Shown here piece by piece: positions 18,529-29,248 of a stretch of 64,000 bases of DNA (position 1 is the stretch's first letter; each line of letters opens with the position of its first letter). The stretch spans positions 416,001 through 480,000 of the forward strand of contig CAVZRV010000027.1 in NCBI GenBank assembly GCA_963777605.1, read 5' to 3'. Position numbers and translations under genes: made by a program. This DNA is from an uncultured Acidobacteriota bacterium. GTDB lineage: Bacteria; Acidobacteriota; UBA6911; RPQK01; JAPXNP01. The notes under the pieces were generated by a model. It was given only the letters and a program-made list of their open reading frames with translations. It was not told the origin of the DNA and ran no database searches.

Positions 18529-19509
18529 ATGATCATTTGTAGAACACCTTTAAGGGTTAGCTTCTTCGGAGGAGGGACCGATTTTCCTGAGTTCTTCAGT
18601 GAGAACGGCGGGGCGGTTTTGGGAACGGCTATCGACAAGTACATCTACCACTGCGTCAGCCCGTTTCCGTCAGAGTTATTTGACTATTCAATTCGCCTCT
18701 CTTACCGACGAACTGAGTGCGTGAACAAGCTGGATGAGATAAAGCATGCGCCCTTTCGCGAACTACTCCGGCATTTTGGGCTAGAAAGGGACGTGGAGAT
18801 CTCACTGTCGGCCGACCTCCCGGCCTTTTCGGGTCTTGGATCATCTTCCAGTTTTACTGTAGGTCTGGCACATGCGCTGTCAGCCTTCTCCGGCCGTTTC
18901 CTGGCAAGAGAGGACCTCGCGAAGCTTGCCATCGACGTGGAACGGGGGGTTCTCCAAGAGACGGTGGGATTTCAGGACCAGATCTTCGCAGCTTACGGTG
19001 GGATGAATCTGATCGAATTCGACAGAGGGGGCGGGTTTAACGTACATCGCATCACCCTGTCCAACGGCCGATTAGAGGAATTCGAAAATTCCATAATGCT
19101 CTTCTTCACGGGGGTAACACGGCGCGCCAACGAAATCGAAAGAAACAAGCTCGCACGACTCAGTGAGATTCGAGGCAGTCTATTACGCATCTACCGATGT
19201 GTCGATAAGGCGAACAATCTTCTTACGGGAAATGGCTCCCTCACTGAGTTTGGGCGACTGCTTCACGAGAGTTGGATGGAGAAGCGCTCCTTGAACGGTG
19301 ACGTAACAAGTCCCAGCATTGACAAGATGTATCAACTTGGCATCGAGGCGGGGGCCCTCGGCGGAAAGCTCCTCGGGGCTGGTGGTGGCGGATTCTTGGC
19401 ATTCTTTGTCCCTTTCGAACGACAAGGTAAGGTGCGGGAGGCACTCAATGGACACTATGAGATCGCCTTTTCCATGAATGCTCCTGGAAGCACGATCGTC
19501 CATTCTTGA
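18529..19509 (+). CDS. hddA: D-glycero-alpha-D-manno-heptose-7-phosphate kinase (GHMP)
   Basis: RTPLRVSFFGGGTD, DLPAFSGLGSSSSF, G.QDQ..AAYGG, GGKLLGAGGGGF. Confidence 0.88.
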   Translation: MIICRTPLRVSFFGGGTDFPEFFSENGGAVLGTAIDKYIYHCVSPFPSELFDYSIRLSYRRTECVNKLDEIKHAPFRELLRHFGLERDVEISLSADLPAFSGLGSSSSFTVGLAHALSAFSGRFLAREDLAKLAIDVERGVLQETVGFQDQIFAAYGGMNLIEFDRGGGFNVHRITLSNGRLEEFENSIMLFFTGVTRRANEIERNKLARLSEIRGSLLRIYRCVDKANNLLTGNGSLTEFGRLLHESWMEKRSLNGDVTSPSIDKMYQLGIEAGALGGKLLGAGGGGFLAFFVPFERQGKVREALNGHYEIAFSMNAPGSTIVHS

Positions 19510-19602
19510 TTCGACGAGGTCGAGACTGCGCCATCAGATTTTGGAAAACCGATCGAGCACAGAGTCCTCTTGCCGCAATAAGCGGGAGCAATGTAATCAC
19601 CT

Positions 19603-20535
19603 ATGAAGATCTTGATAACTGGTGGAGCTGGGTATATCGGCTCCGTTTTGACACCAGAACTGCTTGTGGCAGGCCATGCCGTCACAGTCCTGGATAATTT
19701 CCTGTTTCGCCAAAACTCACTGGCGGATTGTTGCCATTTTGAGCAATTCAATGTGATTCGCGGAGATTGTCGAGATGAACATTTATTGGGTAGCCTCGTC
19801 TCCAAACATGACGTGATCATTCCTCTGGCGGCCTTGGTCGGCGCCCCCATGTGCAACCAGGACCCGATCGCGGCACACAGTATAAACCTCGGTTCTATAG
19901 AGACGCTCTGTCGCATCGCTTCTCCTGACCAGTGGATCCTCCTTCCCATCACAAACAGCGGTTACGGAATCGGAGAGAAAGACAAGTTCTGCACAGAAGA
20001 GACCCCTCTCCGCCCGATATCGCTCTATGGCAGCACTAAGGTGGAAGCCGAATCTGTCGTACTCGAGCGTTCAAACAGCCTGAGTTTTCGCTTGGCGACC
20101 GTCTTCGGCATGTCCCCACGGATGCGCACCGACCTGCTCGTCAACGACTTTGTCTACAGAGCTGTCAATGACCGCGCCGTTGTGATTTTCGAAGGTCACT
20201 TCAAGCGCAACTACATCCACGTCCGAGACGTCGCCAGATTGTTTGCCTACGCGCTCGACAACTTCGATTCGATGAAAGGCCGTCCATACAATGCCGGCCT
20301 CGATGACGCCAACCTGTCGAAGCTCGAACTATGCGCAGCAATCAAGAGACAGATCCCTGGGTTTGTTTGCCTCGAGGCACCCATCGGAGAAGACCCCGAC
20401 AAGCGAGACTACATCGTTTCGAACCAGCGCCTCCTGTCGACGGGTTTTCGCACCGAGTGGGACTTGGGCCGGGGCATCCGGGAACTGATCAAGGGCTACA
20501 CCATCCTTCGGAACAACCAATACGGCAATGTCTGA
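19603..20535 (+). CDS. GDP-heptose C4-dehydrogenase-like extended SDR (Cj1427-like)
   Basis: ITGGAGYIGSVLTP, IIPLAALVGAP, TNSGYGIGEKD, FRLATVFGMSPRMR.DLLVNDF, IGEDPDKRDY: motifs I recognise from C. jejuni Cj1427. Confidence 0.85.
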   Translation: MKILITGGAGYIGSVLTPELLVAGHAVTVLDNFLFRQNSLADCCHFEQFNVIRGDCRDEHLLGSLVSKHDVIIPLAALVGAPMCNQDPIAAHSINLGSIETLCRIASPDQWILLPITNSGYGIGEKDKFCTEETPLRPISLYGSTKVEAESVVLERSNSLSFRLATVFGMSPRMRTDLLVNDFVYRAVNDRAVVIFEGHFKRNYIHVRDVARLFAYALDNFDSMKGRPYNAGLDDANLSKLELCAAIKRQIPGFVCLEAPIGEDPDKRDYIVSNQRLLSTGFRTEWDLGRGIRELIKGYTILRNNQYGNV

Positions 20536-21292
20536 GACACCGGACGCGAGGGCAGTCATCCTTGCGGGAGGCTTGGGTACCCGTGTTCGCCATCTCCTGA
20601 GCGGGGTCCCCAAGCCGATGGCTCCGGTAGCCGGCAGGCCTTTCCTCGATTGGATTGTGGATTGGATCCATCAGTCCTGTGGCGTCGGCAACTTCCTTGT
20701 TTCTACCGGATACCTTGGGGAGGCCGTCGAGAGGCATTACCGGACGCCCCGCACCAGGGGACTGGAGATCAGATGCTTTCGGGAATCCGATCCAATGGGA
20801 ACAGCCGGCGGTTTTCTCAATTGCGTCAAGTCGGACCGGCAGCCCCACCCATCAAACTGGCTCGTGGCAAACGGCGATTCCCTGGCTGTCGCTGACTTGA
20901 GCGACCTGTTGGCAGCCCTGGACGACCCCACCGTTGCAGGTGCGATTCTCGGTGTGAGGGTAAAGGATGCCTCCCGCTACGGGAAAATCGAAGCAACCGC
21001 TGCCGGACGACTCGCCGGCTTTCGCGAGAAGTCTCCAGGGTCAGGGCTCATCAATGCGGGCATCTACGCATTCCGGCACGACATAATCGAGAGTTTTCCC
21101 TCAAAGATTCCACTCAGCTTTGAAGTGGATGTCTTTTCGCAGCTGTTGAATCGGTACAAGATCGCCGTGGTCCAGTGCAGCGGCCCATTTCTGGACATCG
21201 GCACCGAGGAGTCGCTGCGCGAGGCAGAAGCTTTCATTCGCTCGAATTTCTCCGATCCGTCTGCCGCGTCGGATCAAGGTTTGAAGCTATGA
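20528..21292 (+). CDS. hddC: Heptose-1-phosphate guanylyltransferase
   Basis: AVILAGGLGTR...PKPMAPVAGRPFL, GTAGG, NGDS, INAGIY, S.E.D, FLDIGTEES; hddA context. Confidence 0.83.
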   Translation: MSETPDARAVILAGGLGTRVRHLLSGVPKPMAPVAGRPFLDWIVDWIHQSCGVGNFLVSTGYLGEAVERHYRTPRTRGLEIRCFRESDPMGTAGGFLNCVKSDRQPHPSNWLVANGDSLAVADLSDLLAALDDPTVAGAILGVRVKDASRYGKIEATAAGRLAGFREKSPGSGLINAGIYAFRHDIIESFPSKIPLSFEVDVFSQLLNRYKIAVVQCSGPFLDIGTEESLREAEAFIRSNFSDPSAASDQGLKL

Positions 21293-21819
21293 AAATACGA
21301 GAATCCAAGCTGATCACCGACCTGAAGACGATCTTTCCGGAGGTGTTCTACGACTTCCGCGGCGAATACGTCGAAACCTACAACACGGACCGCTATCGAT
21401 TCACCGATCGAAACGGGCATCCACTCGTCTTTGTGGAGGATGACGTGTCGGTCTCGAAGAAAAATGTGCTCCGGGGCCTTCACGGCGACGGGAAGACATG
21501 GAAGCTGATCCAGTGCCTGCTCGGTGAAATCTACGTTGTGGTTGTCGACATGCGCGAACAATCGCCGACTCACCTGAACTGGGAGGCATTCACCCTCAAT
21601 GAGAAGAACCGCTATCAGGTCCTGGTTCCCGCGGGATGCGCAAACGGCCATCTTTGCCTGACTGAACGCTGCATCTTCTCCTACAAGCAGTCCGAGTGCT
21701 ACACGGGGATGGAGAACCAGTTCACAGTCCGATGGGACGATCCGAAACTGGGAGTCTGGTGGCCCATTCGGGAACCGCTCTTATCCCAGCGTGACGGCGG
21801 GGCAGCATTATTGGACTGA
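21289..21819 (+). CDS. RmlC-like cupin C3/C5 epimerase (Cj1430-like)
   Basis: F.DFRGE, NVLRGLHGDGKTWKL, VVVDMREQSPT...WE.F, QFTVRWDDP.LG..WP...PLLSQRD. Confidence 0.88.
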   Translation: MKIRESKLITDLKTIFPEVFYDFRGEYVETYNTDRYRFTDRNGHPLVFVEDDVSVSKKNVLRGLHGDGKTWKLIQCLLGEIYVVVVDMREQSPTHLNWEAFTLNEKNRYQVLVPAGCANGHLCLTERCIFSYKQSECYTGMENQFTVRWDDPKLGVWWPIREPLLSQRDGGAALLD

Positions 21820-21824
21820 ATACA

Positions 21825-22752
21825 ATGAAAATCCTCGTCTTCGGCGGCACTGGATTCGTTGGGCGGCACCTGATTCCCCGCCTCCGGGAGGAAGGCCACG
21901 AAGTCGTTGCCCCGTCTTCAAAAGAAATCGACCTTACACGAGCAGTCCTGGAGGATTGGAACCCGCCCGTGACCTTCGAACGGATCTACCACCTCGCCGC
22001 ATGGACGAGGGCCGGCGAGTTCTGTGCCACTCAAGGCGGCGAGCAATGGATCGTCAACCAACGGATAAATACTAATGTGCTCGCGTTTTGGGCACGTCGC
22101 CAGCCCCAGGCCAAGATGATCGCTTTCGGGACAAGCGTCTCCTATGCCAAGGACGTTCCCCTAACCGAGGACAACTATCTGGCCGGCCTGCCGATCGATC
22201 GCTTCTACGGCTACGCGATGAGCAAGCGCATGCTGCTCGTCGGGCTGCAGACCCTGCGCTCGCAATTCGGACTCGAGTACCTCTATGTTGTTCCCTCCAC
22301 GATCTTCGGCCCAGACTACCACCTGGACGGGAGACCCTTGCATTTCATCTATGACTTGATCGGAAAATCATCCGGGGGAAGCGCTTTGGCGAACCCGTTG
22401 TCCTCTGGGGCGACGGCTACCAACGCCGCGAGTTGATCTACATCAACGATTTCATCGCAATTCTGCAGAGTCTTGCCGACCTTCGGCAAAGCGCCATTTT
22501 CAACGTCGGCGCCGACGAAGAATACACGATCCGACAGTTTGCGAAGATGATCTGCGAAGAGGTCGGATATCCGTCAAAAAGACTCTCTTTTGATACGGGC
22601 CGTTATGTCGGCGTGAAATCCAAGTGCCTCTTCGGTCGAGAAGAGCCCGGCAGGCCCTGGGCGACTACCACACGAATGACTTGGCGAGCGGCCTCATGAA
22701 AACGATTCACTGGGTGGATGAGTCGAAGCTCTTCGAGCAGACCTCAGGTTAA
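21825..22752 (+). CDS. GDP-fucose-synthase-like C4 reductase (Cj1428/Fcl-like); frameshifted near 22365 and ~22630-22680
   Basis: GGTGFVG, YHLAA, FGTSVSY, YGYAMSKR, PSTIFGP; LWGDGYQRRELIYINDF continues in another frame. Confidence 0.8.
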
Positions 22753-22809
22753 TTTCGCATTCACCAGAAATAAGAACGTGATAAGAGCGACGTTCGAAAG
22801 TGCTGCGTT

Positions 22810-23535
22810 GTGAGGCTTCTGATCAAGGATCTGATTGGCAAGGACCGTGTGGTTTACAGAGATGGACCCGGACTTTCAACGTTTGACGAAGCGTTGAGGC
22901 GGTTCGATGCAACACCGAATGCCCTCAGAGATGAGAATATGGATTTGGGACCCAGCCGCAACATCCGGTTATATAAAAAGGTCCTTTTCAATGTTGCTTC
23001 AGTCATAAGACCGAAGCTTGTAGTCGAACTCGGTGTAAGGCAAGGATACTCTTCGGATGCCTTTATCCGCACACTTTCTCTTTCCAAGGGAAAACTGTTT
23101 AGCTTTGATCCTCAGGACAAGGTCAACCGATCACACCTGATATCGGAATTTGAAGATATCTGGACGTACCACAGCTTGACTGGCGAAGAGGGTTATAAGC
23201 GCTATTCCAGTGAACTTGGCGAAATCGACATGCTTTACATTGACACCGATCCGCACTCATATGAACAAATGCGGATGTGGCTCCGTCGGTACTGGATCCG
23301 CAATCTGCGCCCAGGTGGCTATGTAGTGTTCGATGACTGCGCTCCGCAACACCAGCAGGAAGTGGCCGATTCCGACGTCCCCTCAGGAGTCTGGAGTGTT
23401 GGCGCTCGCTACGGGGTATTAAGAGCGGTTCTCGAGTTTATTCGGGAGAATTCGCAGAGGGTAGATTTTGCCGTTGCCTACAGCAATGTTCTCAGTAATG
23501 GCATTGGAGTGATGAAACTCAGCCAAGGTTGGTGA
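22810..23535 (+). CDS. Class I SAM-dependent O-methyltransferase (Methyltransf_24-like)
   Basis: RPKLVVELGVRQGYSS, IDMLYIDTDPHSYE, LRPGGYVVFDD. Confidence 0.85.
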   Translation: MRLLIKDLIGKDRVVYRDGPGLSTFDEALRRFDATPNALRDENMDLGPSRNIRLYKKVLFNVASVIRPKLVVELGVRQGYSSDAFIRTLSLSKGKLFSFDPQDKVNRSHLISEFEDIWTYHSLTGEEGYKRYSSELGEIDMLYIDTDPHSYEQMRMWLRRYWIRNLRPGGYVVFDDCAPQHQQEVADSDVPSGVWSVGARYGVLRAVLEFIRENSQRVDFAVAYSNVLSNGIGVMKLSQGW

Positions 23536-23660
23536 GGCCCAAGATTCTGTAGCGAGACTGCGAGTTTCTGCTGCCTGGATCGGGCCCGACAGCCCGCGCT
23601 GGCGACGTCAGTCCTGCACTGCTCCACGATCTTGACTAGTTCCGCGGACGAGAGACCAAG

Positions 23661-25994
23661 ATGACCAAATCGAGACTGCTGTTCGTGCTGGGGCCCGCCC
23701 GGTCGGGAACGACCTTTACCATGGCACAGCTGAACCGCTCGGATCAGGTCTTTCTGCTGTCGGAGATCAACTCCTACCAACTGCGCACCGGAGGGCTCAC
23801 GGACGGTTGCTCCGCCCCGACCTTCGCTGAGGCGTTCAACTTGCGCAAAGCCCAGGAAGGCAATACCCAGCAGAAGGGCTCGTTTATCCCCGACGCCGCC
23901 CGGTTTCGCTCCGTGGAGGAGTTGTACAACGCATTGGCGGCCCAATATCAGGTCGTCGGCGAGAAAGTTGCTATCAGCGGACCGGCGGTCGGCGGGCGCT
24001 TCCCTGCCGAGGATCTTTTTGATGTCCAGCTCCACGAGCATTTCCACGCTCACCATTTGCTTCTGCTTCGGCGACCTGCCGAGACTCTGGACTCGTTGAT
24101 TCTGAACGTTCCGGCGATTCCGATCGAAACGCACTTCGAGGGCATCCTCTGGAGTTTCGACCGCCTCTTCGAGTTGAGTTGGGTATTGCCGAGGGCGCGT
24201 ATAGTGTTTTACGAACGCCTGAGCGGTGAGACCTTCAAGGCGGTCTTCGACTGGCTGGGGTTGGAATGGAGCGCTGTCTCCCCGATACCGTACGCCCCGC
24301 GGTCCCGGCTCGACTGGTCACTCCGTCGGCAAGAGTTGTTGAGCAAGGTTCCGGCACTTGAGCGGCTCGAACTGATCTATGAAGAGTTGCTCGCCAAGAC
24401 CGCACCTTCACCTTTCTGGGTCCGCGCAGAGACGGGAAGCTACAGGTCGGCCCCGGTGTACGATCGGATTGGCTCAGCCCTGCGAGGATTGATCGACGAC
24501 CATCAGAAGGGACGTGTTTTCGCATTCCAGGGAAAGTCACTCCAGTCGGTGCAACCTTCCGACGGTCCTAAGGTTGTCCTGGAGACACTTCACCCTTTGG
24601 CCTGGGAGAGCGTGGACCATCTCCACCCGCTCGGCACCAAGCAGGACAACTACCGCTCCGCCCCGTTTACGCGGAAGCTGTTGGAACTGTATGCTGACCT
24701 GCCGTTGAGCGTGTTGGATCTCGGGTGCGCCGGCGGAGGATTCGTCAAAGAGATCACGGAGGCCGGGCATCTGGGGGTAGGTCTGGAAGGCAGCGACTAC
24801 TCTCTGAATACTCAAAGGGCCGAATGGCCGACCATCCCCGACCGCCTGTTTACCTGCGACTGCTCGCAGCCGTTTTCCCTCTACCTGGAGCACGATGGCA
24901 CCCGCGAACCAGCCAATTCAACGTGGTAACCGCCTGGGAGTTTCTCGAGCACATTCCCGAGGAGCGACTGCCCACGGTGGTGGAGAACGTCCGGCGCCAT
25001 CTACACCCGACGGAAGGCCTTTTCATAGCCTCGATCCACCTGCGTCCCTGCTCGGTCGAGGGGATCGAATATCACGCCACTGTACGTCCCGAATGGTGGT
25101 GGAGATCCCTTTTCCTGGATCACGGCTTCTACCCGCTGGATCGGGCCCTCGACTACTTCGGCGATGACTGGGTTCGCGGACCGTCGGTCGAACAAAACGC
25201 ATTGGGCAGTTTCCATATCGTGATGACGCTGTCCCCCGGCGGCCCGATTGTCCGCCGCATCGACCGTCTGGCGTCCCAGGATTTCTCGCATGCTCACCTT
25301 GGGCAAGTCGAAATGAAGCAGATGCTGCTCGAGCTTCAGGGTAAGTTTGAGAGATCAGTGAACCAAGAAAAGAAGATCCGGCAAGACCTGATTGAGACTC
25401 GTGAGAGGCATGGCAAGGCCTTACGTCGCGAAGAAGAGATCCGGCAGGCCTTGATTGAGACTCGTGAGAGGCATGGCAAGGCCTTGCGTCGCGAAGAAGA
25501 GATCCGGCAGGCCCTCGATTGAGACTCGCGAGAAGCTGAAAAGGGCGCTTATCCGTGACGAACGGCTGACGCGCGAAATGGCATCTTCCAACAGGGACTT
25601 GGAGCAGACTCGCCACCGCCTGATTCTCGCAGAATCCGAATCCAACTCCTACTCTTGGCCAAATCTGTGCCGCGCGGCAGCGCAAGCGATCCAGTACTGT
25701 CGCGAGCACCATCTCGAGTCAGTTGCACTTTACGGAGCGAGCAATCATACCGAACAGCTTCTTCCGGTCTGGAGGGCCCTGAACGGCCCCAGGGTACTGG
25801 CAATTCTGGTGAGTGAGACCACGGACCGTACCGCCTTCGGTCTCCCAGTGATCTGCATCTCGGATCCGATACCGTCCGAGATTCAGGCAGTTATCCCCTC
25901 CTCACATCGATTCGAATCCACGATGCGTCAGAAATGGATTGCCCAGTATCCCGAAATCTCTTGGGTCAGATTCTGGGAACGCGACGACACCTGA
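23661..25994 (+). CDS. Multidomain sulfotransferase-like + methyltransferase + coiled-coil repeat + C-terminal Rossmann-like module (frameshifts ~24915 and ~25516)
   Basis: LFVLGPARSGTT P-loop, LLRRP, VFYERL; SVLDLGCAGG...FNVVTAWEFLEHIPE; 21-aa repeats; ALYGASNHT module. Three overlapping ORFs join into one. Confidence 0.72.
25375..25533 (+). repeat. 63-bp coding tandem repeat, ~2.5 copies (IRQALIETRERHGKALRREEE)
   Basis: Units start at 25375, 25438 and 25501. Confidence 0.92.
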
Positions 25995-26102
25995 AGCTCA
26001 GACCGAGCTTGCGCTGCAATAGAAGGAACCTCTCCTCAGAACGTGAAGATTCACTGAACGCTTTTTGAGCAGACAAACCCAACTCCGGAGATTCACCGGC
26101 CT

Positions 26103-27832
26103 ATGAAGCTCAACCGAAAATTCCGTTGCCTAATGACCTATCCTTGGGATCTCGCCACACCGTGCGGAGCGCAGACCGCCCTCATGAGCCACGCTGCGGC
26201 GCTAAAGGAGGTCGGCGGAACAGTCGATGTTATAGGGCACTCTACAGCTGACTGAACGGAAATTGCGCAAGTTCCCTGCTTTTGACAGTTCTTTCGAACG
26301 AGTCTTCCTGATCCCTAAGCCAGGGGACCCTGCCGCCAAATGGCATCGCGCAGATCGGTAAATCCATCTTTGATTCAGAACTTCCAAATTTGCCGGGCCA
26401 AGACCCATTGTTCTTGGGCGCAGCCGGCATCATGGCAAGTTTGGGACATTATGACATAGTTGAAATCAACTACACCCGCACACACACTATTAAGAGGCTT
26501 TTGCCGAAGACTGTTCCAAGAATCCTATCAACACTTGACCTGGATTCGGCCGTACTTAGACAGGAGGGCGCCGTATTTGGGTACGAAACCGCCTACTCAC
26601 TAGAGGACGAGGTCCGAAGAATGCAGGATTTTGACCTCATCACCGTAGTAGGCCCCACGGATCTTGCGAGAGTGAAGTCTGTTTCGAGCGATCTGCGAGT
26701 TATCGAGGTCCCGGCATTCCTTCCCGAAGAACTCCCGGAGATGCCCCCATCTTCCGTGACGGAACAGCAAGAGACTCTTAGGATTGCTTCTGGCGGCTTC
26801 AAACGCCAAGTTCAACCAAGTCTCCTTTACATGGTTTTGGACACGAGCATGGCCTCGAATTCGCAAGGCATCTCCCAAGGCCCGCCTCGTTATCGTTGGA
26901 GAAATTGTGCATACTGCCATTTCGCTTCGGGCCCACCAGGATTCGCGGGTGGAACTTCGCGGAGTGGTCCCCGACATGAAACCCGTGTTGGACAATTCTG
27001 CAATAGCGCTGGCGCCTTACTATTACGGAGACGGAGTCAAGCTAAAAGTACTGACGGCGCTGGCTCGCGGAATTCCGGTAGTGACTACCTCTTTGGGCAT
27101 TACCAACACTCGGCTGAAACCCTCTCGTCAAGTTCTCATCGCTGACGCAGCAGATTCGTTCGCGGACTGCGTCCTAGCTCTGCTCGAGTCAGCCAAGAAG
27201 CGAGCATCCATGGGGAAGGCGGGTCTGGAATTTGTGCGCCGACACTATGCCAGCGAAACGGCATTTCGCCCTTACCAGCTTGCCGTTCTCGAGCTCATTC
27301 GGGACTACCCGAGAGAAGGGACAAGTCAATTGTCGCGAGGACAGAACAGGCCTGCCCTGGTTAATTGAGGGCCTCCGCCATCTCGATCCCCTGGGCCATT
27401 TACCGATGCCGCCAAATGAAAGCCGCGAAAGTGGCGGTGTATGGTGCTGGTACCCATACGAGCATCCTGATAGACCTGTGGAAGCATCATCGGGGACCAT
27501 TGATCGAAATGATACTAGTCACAGACTTGGAACACGCTGAGGATTCCTCGTTGATGGGGTATCCAGTCTGCACACTGGATGAGTTTGATTCCGAACGAGT
27601 TGATGCAGTCGTGATGTCCTCTCACTCACACGAGTTGATGATGTCCCAAATATGTCAGGAGCGTTGGCCCGAGATACCCAGAATTCCAATCTGGTACCCT
27701 CCCGCCGTTGATCTGGAGCCAGCATTTCCGGAAGGAGATGAGCCAATCTGGATGGACTCTTCCGCCTTGCCTTATTGCCAGAATGAATTGCCAGAGGAAG
27801 TACTCCAAGCGGTAAGGCCACGGAACGCATGA
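26103..27832 (+). CDS. GT4-like glycosyltransferase with C-terminal Rossmann-like module (several frameshifts)
   Basis: WPRIRKASPKARLVIVG...GVVPDM...APYYYGDGVKLKVLTALARGIPVVTTSLG; AVYGAGTHT module at 27430-27710; 5' fragments from ATG 26103. Confidence 0.7.
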
Positions 27833-27894
27833 AACGGCGGGCGGCGAGCGCACTAATACTGGTTCTGATCTCAATAGAAGAGAGGGGGACGACT

Positions 27895-29211
27895 GTGAAC
27901 TCTAGGAATCGCCCTCTGGAGAACGCCGGTCAACCGCAGCGAAGTGCTCGTTCTGCTCAAGCCCCGACGGGTTCCCGACTGTTGACAGTTGACCAGAACC
28001 TCAAGAGTCTTCATGGCCATTATCTTAGCTATGCCCAGCGCTTGGGACGTGCCGCCTCCGAGCTTGGAGTCAAGCCGATCATCGCCGGAAACAGACAACT
28101 CGTGTCTTCCTCGGACACTTCCGAGGTAATACCGGCACTCCATTATTCTTACTGGCAAGAACTCCGTCCGGCCAAAGGCACAGATCCGGTGCTTCATCTG
28201 GTTTCGCGCGCTGGCGAGGTGGCTGCAACTCTGGCAGAACTGGAATCTAAGCTGCGGATCAGCGGTGAGGACGTTGTTTTCTTTCCTTATGCCAATCTCA
28301 TCCATGCCTGGGCACTCGCAAGGATCCACCGCAACTGCAAGGTCACGGAAATTCCGCGTTCGGTGCTCCTCTTCAGAAGAGATTTGTCTGAACATGGAAT
28401 TGATGCGGCATTGGGGTCGAGGCAGGGCATTTTGCTCCTGCGGCAGGCGCTCGCGGAACTTGTCACAGCACCCGGCGGATGCAGGGTGCGGTTTTTCACA
28501 GACAGCGAGTACCTGACTGACGAATACTCGGACGCACTCCGCCAACAGTTTCAGACGGTTCCCATTCCAGTCGATTCGGGATTCGCGGCACCGAAAACCC
28601 GAATGAGGGAACGTCCTCTTCGGCTGCTCTACCTCGGAGATGCAAGAACAGAGAAGGGCTACCAACTGCTCCCCCATATGGCCTCCGCGTTGAGGGAAAG
28701 GCTTCGAAACGGTGAACTGGAGTTAGTGATTCAGAGTAACTTCAACCTGCCGGGCGGCGAACCGGGAATACCCGCAGCCCGCTCCCAGCTCGCGGAATTA
28801 CCCGGAGTCCGACTTCTCGAGGACCCGATCTCGGAGCAGGAATACATCCACTGGATGCAGACTTCACACCTTGTTCTGCTTCCCTACCGTGCAGAATGCT
28901 ACGTCTCCCGGACCTCGGGGATTTTGGCCGAGGCAATTCATTCCGCTGTTCCTGCAGTAGTGCCTGAAGGAACTTGGCTCTCCGACCAACTTCGTTCACA
29001 CGGCGCAGGACGGACGTTCACTTCGGGACGGGCTGACGACTTGGTTGAGGCGGTAACCGAGATCATTGCCGATTACGAACGTTTCGCCGCCGCTGCCTTC
29101 TCGCGGCGAAGCCGATTCATGAGCTTCCATACGCCCGCTCGCCTGGCTCAGTTTGTCTGCGGAGCGGACATCCTCTCCCGAGCGGCAGCCTCTACTCAGG
29201 AAGATTCCTGA
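27895..29211 (+). CDS. GT-B fold glycosyltransferase
   Basis: LTVDQNLKSLHGHY, LYLGDARTEKGY, LVLLPY...Y..RTSGILAEAI...P.VVPEGTWL. Confidence 0.85.
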   Translation: MNSRNRPLENAGQPQRSARSAQAPTGSRLLTVDQNLKSLHGHYLSYAQRLGRAASELGVKPIIAGNRQLVSSSDTSEVIPALHYSYWQELRPAKGTDPVLHLVSRAGEVAATLAELESKLRISGEDVVFFPYANLIHAWALARIHRNCKVTEIPRSVLLFRRDLSEHGIDAALGSRQGILLLRQALAELVTAPGGCRVRFFTDSEYLTDEYSDALRQQFQTVPIPVDSGFAAPKTRMRERPLRLLYLGDARTEKGYQLLPHMASALRERLRNGELELVIQSNFNLPGGEPGIPAARSQLAELPGVRLLEDPISEQEYIHWMQTSHLVLLPYRAECYVSRTSGILAEAIHSAVPAVVPEGTWLSDQLRSHGAGRTFTSGRADDLVEAVTEIIADYERFAAAAFSRRSRFMSFHTPARLAQFVCGADILSRAAASTQEDS

Positions 29212-29248
29212 GTCGCACAGCGACGGATCTCCCCCTCAGGGAAGCCTG

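Noticed and set aside
25375-25533. 63-bp repeats as a CRISPR array
   Set aside because: Contiguous tandem units without unique spacers, in frame within a coding region; no cas genes.
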